This document shows positions 25,926 through 32,000 of a stretch of 32,000 nucleotides of DNA, one piece after another. The stretch covers positions 191-32,190 of the forward strand of contig CAKSUD010000004.1 of assembly GCA_934500865.1 (NCBI GenBank). Reading direction: 5' to 3'. The notes beneath the pieces are model-generated. The model did not search any database. It was given only the letters and a program-made list of their open reading frames with translations, and was not told the origin of the DNA. The position numbers were made by a program, and so were the translations under genes. Position 1 is the stretch's first letter. Each line of letters starts with the position of its first letter. This DNA is from an uncultured Clostridia bacterium (GTDB lineage: Bacteria; Bacillota; Clostridia; TANB77; RGIG9151).

Positions 25926-26135
25926 ATGCTGAATGACAAAAAGTATGATTTTTCTGAGGAAACAAATATAAAGAAAAAATTATATGAAGAATGTATGAAT
26001 AAGAAAAAAGAACTGGAAAATCAGCAATCGGCACGCAGACCGGTTAGCTTAGATGAACTTGAGAATATAACTATTACAAGAATAGATAAGAATAAAGGTA
26101 ATGATAAAGAAATAAAAATAGATAAAGAGAAATAA
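25926..26135 (+). CDS. Small (69 aa) highly charged Lys/Glu-rich protein, function unknown
   Basis: The ATG at 25926 lies 8 nt after AAGGTGG. No TM and no recognisable motif. Position immediately after the sigma factor. Confidence 0.45.
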   Translation: MLNDKKYDFSEETNIKKKLYEECMNKKKELENQQSARRPVSLDELENITITRIDKNKGNDKEIKIDKEK

Positions 26136-26164
26136 TCTGACATATAAAGTGAGGTAAAAGAAAT

Positions 26165-28204
26165 ATGGGCGATATTTTTAAGAAAATAAGAAATTGGGGA
26201 ATAACAGTTATATTGGTATCTACAGTTTTAGGATATTCAATAAGAATGTTGCTTGAAAATTATGAGCTTACCATAAATGCTTTTAAAACTAAAGAATATG
26301 CCACACTTTTTAAGCCGGAATTATTTTTAGAATTAAATACATATGGATATGGATTGCTTTTAATTGCTTTGATGGTGGTACTATATTTTGTATTTTCAAA
26401 TGATGCGACAAGGAAATCTAAGAGAATGTTAAAAACTAAAGCGAAGGGCGTAGAGGGAGCTTTAGAAAATTCGAGATTCTTAACAGATAAAGAACGCGAT
26501 GACTTATTTAAGCCATATAAATACAGTAAACTAAACACAGTGAAGAAAGACGGCGTTCCGGTTAGAGCTGTTGTGAGCGGAAAGGATATGGAAGTTAATT
26601 TATCTGCTCCAATGCATGGGCTTATAATTGGTGCTACCGGAAGTGGTAAAACAACTACATTTATAAATCCGATGATACAGATTTTAGGTGAATCATCTGC
26701 CGGTTCTTCAATGATTATGACAGACCCTAAGGGCGAACTTTTCCAAATGCATAGTCAAAAGCTTAAGGAAAAAGGCTATAAAGTTATGGTATTGGATTTA
26801 AGAGATCCATATTCTTCATATAGATGGAATCCGCTTGAAGACATTTACGACAGGTATCAAGAATATGTTTCTTACGGTAAAGGAATTTTTAGCCGTGGAG
26901 ACAGTCCTGTTGACTCTGGATTAGAACTTACAGCTCCTGCTGATAGTTTTGAAGCCTTTTGGTTTGAGTATGAAGGGAAGGCATATCCTAATAAAAAATC
27001 AGTTTTAGCAGTTGTAAAAAGTAAAAGACAAAAGATATATGATGAGATATATGAGGATTTAAATGATTTGGTAAGTGTACTTTGCCCGATTGAGTCAAAG
27101 GATGACCCTGTTTGGGAGAAGGGTGCTAAATCCATAATAATGTCTACATTACTTGCGATGCTAGAGGATTCAGAAGACCCTGAACTTGGTATGACAAAAG
27201 AGAAGTTTAATTTCTTTAATGTCAATAAGGCAATTTCTAATTCAGAAGATAATTTTGCTGCTTTAAAAAGATATTTCCAAGGCAGAAATAAGTTATCAAA
27301 GGCAGTAACTTTAAGCCGTCAGGTTCTAAGTGCTGCAGATAATACATTATCAAGTTATATGTCAATTGCATTTGACAAAATGTCTATGTTTAATGACGAA
27401 GGAATTTGTGCACTAACTTCCGCAACAGATATTAATCCGGATGATTTTGCTGATCAACCGACAGCATTATTTATGAAAATACCTGATGAAAAGGATACAA
27501 GACACGGTCTCGCAGCGGTATTTATATTATGCATATATAAGGCACTAATTAAAAAGGCATCTGCTCGTGAAGATTTATCACTACCTAGAAATGTTTATTT
27601 CATACTAGATGAATTCGGAAATATGCCTAAAATTGAAAAGTTCGATAAGATGATTACAGTAGGACGTAGCAGAAAAATTTGGTTTAATATGGTAGTTCAG
27701 TCTTATGCACAACTTAATAATGTTTATGGTGATACTGTTGCAGATATTGTAAAGAGTAACTGTGGTATAAAGATGTTTATTGGTTCTAATGATATAGGAA
27801 CTTGTAAAGAGTTCTCTGAACTTTGCGGAAATATGACAGTTACAACTAACAGTATTTCAGGCTCAACAGGAGATAAGAGTGGGCAGGTAAATTATTCTAC
27901 TCAAGTTCAGACAAGACCACTTATTTATCCTTCTGACTTGCAAAAGCTTAATAATTCTAAAGAAATGGGAAATGCAATTATTGTAACTTTTGGTAATTAT
28001 CCGTTAAAAACAAAATTTACACCTAGCTTTAAATGTCCTATGTATAAAATGGGATGCATGGACTTAGCTGAAGCAAGAAGTAATGTTTTCTTCTCTGATG
28101 AAGTGTTTTATGATTTAGAAGCAAGAAACCAGATTATCTTAAAAAGGCAAGAAGAAGCCGAAAAGCAAAGTGAGGAAGTAGAAGAAAGTTTAGACGAGGA
28201 ATAA
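26165..28204 (+). CDS. Type IV secretion coupling protein (VirD4/TraG family ATPase)
   Basis: Two N-terminal TM helices. Walker A GATGSGKT. Walker B and family block FILDEFGNMPKIEKFDKMITVGRSRKIWFNMVVQSYAQLNNVYG. Acidic C-terminal tail. Confidence 0.85.
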   Translation: MGDIFKKIRNWGITVILVSTVLGYSIRMLLENYELTINAFKTKEYATLFKPELFLELNTYGYGLLLIALMVVLYFVFSNDATRKSKRMLKTKAKGVEGALENSRFLTDKERDDLFKPYKYSKLNTVKKDGVPVRAVVSGKDMEVNLSAPMHGLIIGATGSGKTTTFINPMIQILGESSAGSSMIMTDPKGELFQMHSQKLKEKGYKVMVLDLRDPYSSYRWNPLEDIYDRYQEYVSYGKGIFSRGDSPVDSGLELTAPADSFEAFWFEYEGKAYPNKKSVLAVVKSKRQKIYDEIYEDLNDLVSVLCPIESKDDPVWEKGAKSIIMSTLLAMLEDSEDPELGMTKEKFNFFNVNKAISNSEDNFAALKRYFQGRNKLSKAVTLSRQVLSAADNTLSSYMSIAFDKMSMFNDEGICALTSATDINPDDFADQPTALFMKIPDEKDTRHGLAAVFILCIYKALIKKASAREDLSLPRNVYFILDEFGNMPKIEKFDKMITVGRSRKIWFNMVVQSYAQLNNVYGDTVADIVKSNCGIKMFIGSNDIGTCKEFSELCGNMTVTTNSISGSTGDKSGQVNYSTQVQTRPLIYPSDLQKLNNSKEMGNAIIVTFGNYPLKTKFTPSFKCPMYKMGCMDLAEARSNVFFSDEVFYDLEARNQIILKRQEEAEKQSEEVEESLDEE

Positions 28205-28271
28205 ATAAAATTCGATAATATAATAAATTTATATTATATACTTTTAATACAAATGAAAGGAGGAATAATAG

Positions 28272-28589
28272 ATGAATAACTTTTTAACAATGTTATTACC
28301 TTTAACTAAAGTAAATCCTTTTGAAGGAGTTTCTAAACCAATAATAGATTTACTTAACATGGTTATGGGACCATTAATCGCAGTAGTTGGTGCTGTAGGT
28401 GCTATTTATTGCGTTATTTTAGGAGTTAAACTTGCTAAGGCAGAAGAACAGCAAGATAGAGAAAAGGCTAAGACAGCATTAAAAAATGCAATAATTGGAT
28501 TTGTTCTAATTTTCGTTTTAGTAGTGGCATTAAAAGTAAGCTTACCATTATTTGAACAATGGATGGCTTCAGCTGCATCTGGTAATTAA
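28272..28589 (+). CDS. Small two-TM membrane protein, pilin-like (VirB2/TrbC-like architecture) conjugation component candidate
   Basis: 105 aa. Hydrophobic helix, charged loop (KLAKAEEQQDREKAKTALK), second hydrophobic helix. Strongest SD in the cluster (AAAGGAGG). Immediately followed by a strong terminator. Confidence 0.45.
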   Translation: MNNFLTMLLPLTKVNPFEGVSKPIIDLLNMVMGPLIAVVGAVGAIYCVILGVKLAKAEEQQDREKAKTALKNAIIGFVLIFVLVVALKVSLPLFEQWMASAASGN

Positions 28590-28620
28590 TTTGTTGTGGA
28601 TATATGAAAAAACGACAATG

Positions 28621-28667
28621 CTGCAAAAGATAATTTAATCAACTTTTAAAATCTTTTGCAGTTTTTG
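28621..28667 (+). terminator. Strong hairpin plus T5 after the pilin-like gene (terminator/attenuator inside the cluster)
   Basis: 11-bp perfect stem CTGCAAAAGAT (28621-28631) / ATCTTTTGCAG (28651-28661), extendable by TTTAA/TTAAA, followed by TTTTT. Confidence 0.75.
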
Positions 28668-28693
28668 TTGTAAAACAGAAAGTAGATGAGTAA

Positions 28694-29782
28694 ATGAAAA
28701 AATACTATTGGGTTAATAAATTTATTGTTATACTTTTAATTTATGGAATTTTTATGGGATACAGCATTTCGTATGCTGAAAATGAAACTGAAAATGTCAT
28801 GGTGGAGGAAGAAGTAAGTACGCCACCTGTTACAGATAAATCTATTGAGCGTACATATGACGCTCAAAAAGGAATGTATAGGTATGCACTTTCGAAAAAT
28901 ACCGTTTTTTCATCTAGTGTGCCAAATGGAATAATAACTAATGGTGAAGTATATATTGATATTTCCGACAAAGTTGCATACAGCTTTACAAGAAACGGAG
29001 AGAAGTACAATTATTCACGTGGTGAAGCTATTGATGAAGATGGTGTATATAGACTTACGGTTACTGTAAATAATACTTCTGACCTTAAATTTGATTTTTC
29101 AAATTTAAATTTTTCTCTTGATTCACTAGATGGTATGCAAGGCGGAGAAAATGAGACAGAGCAAATAACAGAAACTAAAAATTCAGAGGTTACTGTTACG
29201 GACGAAGCTTGGGGCTTGGCCAATGGTACAGTGTTTGAATTTAAGTTTAGAATTATAAATAAAGCTTGTAACAATATAAATATATTCAACTTACCTCAAG
29301 ATTATGCATTTGAATCAATAATTTTTGATGAAAATAATATTGAAAACGTAAAAAAACTAAATAGTTTTTCATTAAATGATGATGGTAAGTATGTTTTTTC
29401 TATATATGATACAAAAAATCCAAAGAAAAAATTTACTACTGAAATAATTCTAAAAACTAACCTTCCAATATTAAAAATTCAGGGAGTGGTAAATGGGCTT
29501 ACAACGTATGACTCGGTGGTAATAGATACATATGAAAGTGATGTTACTTATACAGCCACTTGTAATGGCGAAACAATAAGACCGTATGGCGGTGCTTTTT
29601 CAGAGGCAGGACTTTATTCGGTTAAGGCTAAAGACGAAGCGGGGAATACGAATGAATACACTTTTAGAATACTTTACACAATGAATTTGTCTAGCGGAAC
29701 AGTTATTGCTATTGTTGTGATTATTATAATTTCATTGGTTGGATATGTAGTATATCTAAAGAAACATATGAGAGTATATTAA
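28694..29782 (+). CDS. Exported protein with N-terminal signal peptide and C-terminal TM anchor, unknown family
   Basis: Signal-like MKKYYWVNKFIVILLIYGIFMGYSISYA. C-terminal hydrophobic VIAIVVIIIISLVGYVVYL followed by KKHMRVY. Beta-rich, Asn/Thr-rich middle. No LPXTG motif. Confidence 0.55.
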   Translation: MKKYYWVNKFIVILLIYGIFMGYSISYAENETENVMVEEEVSTPPVTDKSIERTYDAQKGMYRYALSKNTVFSSSVPNGIITNGEVYIDISDKVAYSFTRNGEKYNYSRGEAIDEDGVYRLTVTVNNTSDLKFDFSNLNFSLDSLDGMQGGENETEQITETKNSEVTVTDEAWGLANGTVFEFKFRIINKACNNINIFNLPQDYAFESIIFDENNIENVKKLNSFSLNDDGKYVFSIYDTKNPKKKFTTEIILKTNLPILKIQGVVNGLTTYDSVVIDTYESDVTYTATCNGETIRPYGGAFSEAGLYSVKAKDEAGNTNEYTFRILYTMNLSSGTVIAIVVIIIISLVGYVVYLKKHMRVY

Positions 29783-29794
29783 ATCTGTTAAAGG

Positions 29795-31456
29795 ATGGGG
29801 GATACATTGACTAAATTCCTTATTTATCTTTGCTTTTTCTGCAAAATAGGTAACTGGATAAAAAATGCGTGGAATAAAATCGTAGATGCATTAAAAGAAG
29901 TTGCTAACTTTGTTACAGACCTAGCGGAGAAAGTAATAACATTTATATTTGATAAAGTGTTAGGACCGGTTATTGAGGCGGTTATCGAGCCTGTAATAGA
30001 GGCTGTACTGACAAAATTTAGTGAGTTGCTAAAAACTGCTGTAAGTACGATTATACCCCTTATAGAAAAGTTCCTTATAGACATAGCAGAACCGATATTT
30101 AACTTAGCCATATCTGTGCTTAATGCTATATGGACCCCCATAAATTTTGCAATTTTTACTGGAGCATTGAAGTTTATGGATTTGCTTGAAAATGTTTTTG
30201 ACATTTTCGCCGGAATTTCTGATGTTACATATAACGGAAGTAAAGATTTTTTACTTAATGTATTCTTTAAAAATAATGTAATAAATAGAGTGTTTTGGTC
30301 GGTAACATTAATTGCATTAGCTATTCTAGTTATTTTTACAATCATTGCAATAATTAAAAATATGAGCAATTTAGATGCAAAGCAAACAACCGGTCAAATA
30401 CTTGGTATGTCATGTAAAGCAATGATTATTTTATTCCTAATACCGTTTATGTCTTTAATTTTGCTTAATCTTTCATCTACGGTACTACGGAAAACAAGTG
30501 AAATTATTACACTTACACAAAGTGGTGAAAACAGTGCTAGTTTAGGTACATTGACATTTTTAACATTTACTATGGATGCGGCTCGAGATGATGAGTATAA
30601 CGGAAATGCTCCTCTTACTGATGAACTTAGAGCACCATATATGTCTGGCAAAAAAGATTATGCTATAAATGGTATGAACGATTTTGCAATTGAAAAAATA
30701 AATTACCTGTTAGCGTTTACAGTTTGCATTGTTATGATATTCATTATTGTTTTATGTGCAATTGTGTTCGTCGTTAAAATATTTGAAGTTTTGATTTTGT
30801 ATATAACTTCACCATTTTTTGTTGCGACCACCGTATTAGACGGTGGAGCTAAGTTCAAAGAATGGGCTAAGATGTTTATTGCAAAATTACTTGGTGGATT
30901 TGGAATGGTTATTGTTATGAAACTATTCTTTATAATTTCACCAATTGTTATGTCAGATAAGGTTGTATTTTCGCAAAATCCGCTTGCAAATTTACTGACA
31001 AAAACTTTGTTTATGATTGGTGGCTTATGGGCTGCTTATAAGTCCGGAAACCTTATTATACAAATTGTAAATATAAATGCAGCTTATCAAGAAGCTGGAC
31101 TTTCTAGCGAAATAGCCACAAGGGCAGTAAGAGCCGGAATAAAGTATGGCACAATTGCAGTAAAAGCAGTTGCTTCCGGTGGTGCTACGTTGGCAATGGA
31201 TGCAAAAAATATCGCCATAGATGTAGCAAAATCAGCTGGAAGCATGGTAATGAATGGCGAAGATAGTGGTGCTGAGAAAAAAGAAAAAAAGGAAAGTAAT
31301 GCGTTTAGAGGCGGAGGGGAAAATAAAGCTTCTAACCAACTGCAAAATCGTATTCAGCTAGGTGCACACAGAGACGGTGGAATGGCAGGAAAATTAGGAA
31401 ATAAAGATGGAATGACCGGTAAAGCTTCCGGTGCTAGCAAACTTTTGAAGAAATAA
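29795..31456 (+). CDS. Large polytopic membrane protein (VirB6/TrbL-like role candidate) with a Gly/Lys-rich tail
   Basis: An amphipathic N-terminal region with the short repeat PVIEAVIEPVIEAV. At least 6 hydrophobic helices. C-terminal low-complexity GGGENK...GKLGNKDGMTGKASGASK. An alternative TTG start at 29807 has better SD spacing (GGGGGA plus 4 nt). Confidence 0.55.
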   Translation: MGDTLTKFLIYLCFFCKIGNWIKNAWNKIVDALKEVANFVTDLAEKVITFIFDKVLGPVIEAVIEPVIEAVLTKFSELLKTAVSTIIPLIEKFLIDIAEPIFNLAISVLNAIWTPINFAIFTGALKFMDLLENVFDIFAGISDVTYNGSKDFLLNVFFKNNVINRVFWSVTLIALAILVIFTIIAIIKNMSNLDAKQTTGQILGMSCKAMIILFLIPFMSLILLNLSSTVLRKTSEIITLTQSGENSASLGTLTFLTFTMDAARDDEYNGNAPLTDELRAPYMSGKKDYAINGMNDFAIEKINYLLAFTVCIVMIFIIVLCAIVFVVKIFEVLILYITSPFFVATTVLDGGAKFKEWAKMFIAKLLGGFGMVIVMKLFFIISPIVMSDKVVFSQNPLANLLTKTLFMIGGLWAAYKSGNLIIQIVNINAAYQEAGLSSEIATRAVRAGIKYGTIAVKAVASGGATLAMDAKNIAIDVAKSAGSMVMNGEDSGAEKKEKKESNAFRGGGENKASNQLQNRIQLGAHRDGGMAGKLGNKDGMTGKASGASKLLKK

Positions 31457-31478
31457 ATTTTGTAAAGAGGTGAGATAG

Positions 31479-32000
31479 ATGTTTAGATTTTTACCACTCA
31501 TAAGCATTAAGGACATTACAGGCGCAATTTTTGATGCAGTTGTAACGCCTGTCACAAATGCAGTTGGTAAAGTTATATCTACGGTACTTAATACTATTAT
31601 AAATGATGTATTAATGCCTATACTTGGACCATTTTTCAAGTCATTGGTTGAACCGATATTAGGAATTATCGGCGATTTGTTTATGGCTTGGATACATATA
31701 AAGTCATATTATTTATATGTAGCTGTTTTGAAAGTTATAGATGTATTAGAATATGCGTTTAACATCTTTGGTGGAGTAAGCGATGTTACAGTAGTGAAAA
31801 ACGGTCAAAAAAGCACAGACTTTTTACTTAATGTATTTTTTACAAACTCAGGTATTTCAAAGATTTTCTGGTCAATTACATTATTAGCATTTGCTGTGTC
31901 ATTAGTGTTTGGAATTATCGCGGTTATGAAATCTACTACCGACCTAGACGGTAAAAGGCCGGTAGGCAAAGTAATAGGTGCAATTGCAAAGACAGGACTT
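31479..32000 (+). CDS. Paralog of the preceding polytopic membrane protein, 3' end cut by window edge (absent from the ORF track)
   Basis: The ATG at 31479 follows AAAGAGGTGAG, and my own translation is open to nt 32000 (174 codons). LEYAFNIFGGVSDVTVVKNGQKSTDFLLNVFFTNSGISKIFWSITLLAFAVSLVFGIIAVMKSTTDLDGKRPVGKVIG aligns with LENVFDIFAGISDVTYNGSKDFLLNVFFKNNVINRVFWSVTLIALAILVIFTIIAIIKNMSNLDAKQTTGQILG in the 29795 gene. Confidence 0.65.
   Translation, partial: MFRFLPLISIKDITGAIFDAVVTPVTNAVGKVISTVLNTIINDVLMPILGPFFKSLVEPILGIIGDLFMAWIHIKSYYLYVAVLKVIDVLEYAFNIFGGVSDVTVVKNGQKSTDFLLNVFFTNSGISKIFWSITLLAFAVSLVFGIIAVMKSTTDLDGKRPVGKVIGAIAKTGL

Larger units (their letters stand above)
25334..32000 (+). mobile_element. 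Start of a conjugative / type IV secretion gene module (ICE- or plasmid-derived); the right part lies beyond the window and the left boundary is undefined
   Basis: Co-directional sigma factor, T4 coupling protein, pilin-like protein, surface protein and duplicated polytopic membrane proteins. No integrase, relaxase, VirB4 or att repeats are visible in the window. Confidence 0.5.

Noticed and set aside
28213-28245. AT-only near-palindrome (ataatataataaatttatattatat) upstream of the pilin-like gene, considered as an operator or oriT-like site.
   Set aside because: Only about 5 central base pairs are truly symmetric, and pure A/T palindromes of this size are expected by chance in DNA this AT-rich.
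14384-30651. Numerous antisense or off-frame ORFs inside long genes (e.g. 14384-14782 -, 20222-20740 -, 20750-21055 -, 26872-27225 -, 29824-30369 -, 30394-30651 -, 7929-8120 +, 12714-12968 -).
   Set aside because: Each lies wholly within a longer ORF that has recognisable family motifs. Their translations are Ser/Leu/Phe/Ile-rich low-complexity mirror images, and none has a ribosome-binding site.
1-32000. Scan for CRISPR arrays, tRNA/rRNA genes, IS elements, integrases and long direct or inverted repeats that could delimit the mobile region.
   Set aside because: I found no regularly spaced repeats, no tRNA-like cloverleaf candidates or rRNA signatures, and no transposase or recombinase motifs in any ORF. 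The boundaries of the putative element therefore cannot be set from this window.

Overview
This is a low-GC Firmicutes (Clostridia-like, spore-former) chromosomal segment. All product calls come from motif recognition by eye; no searches were run.

**nt 1-16.2k: conserved backbone.**
- ispA (5'-truncated), a YuiD-like divergent PAP2 protein, a CBS-pair protein and a WG-repeat protein (minus strand).
- spoIIAA-spoIIAB-sigF, preceded by a recognisable Spo0A-box plus sigma-H-type promoter.
- tmk (minus strand), yaaR-holB-ricT, a TPR protein, trxA, murG and an AI-2E/YtvI-like permease.
- One compositionally foreign orphan gene (11831-12484) with its own promoter and terminator, then recG and glgA.

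**nt 16.24-16.48k: candidate ncRNA.** A promoter, a rod-shaped structured RNA of about 200 nt and a U-tract. I read it as 6S-like.

**nt 17.1-23.25k: five-gene signalling operon.** The genes are tightly packed:
- a cNMP-binding-domain PP2C phosphatase
- an RsbW/SpoIIAB-type kinase
- a secreted SLH+NHL beta-propeller protein
- a secreted FecR-domain protein
- a CHASE2 class III nucleotide cyclase

The operon therefore encodes both the generator and the receiver of a cyclic nucleotide, with a partner-switching-type output. It contains no STAS antagonist and no sigma factor.

**nt 23.34-25.23k: kinase-like protein.** A 628-aa soluble protein carries type II PI4-kinase-like catalytic motifs.

**nt 25.33k to the window end: start of a type IV secretion/conjugation module.** It contains a sigma-70/ECF-like factor, a small charged protein, a VirD4/TraG coupling ATPase and a pilin-like 2-TM protein followed by a strong terminator. 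These are followed by a surface-anchored protein and two tandem paralogous polytopic membrane proteins, the second cut by the window edge.

I found no rRNA, tRNA, CRISPR array, transposase, integrase, relaxase or VirB4 gene in the window.
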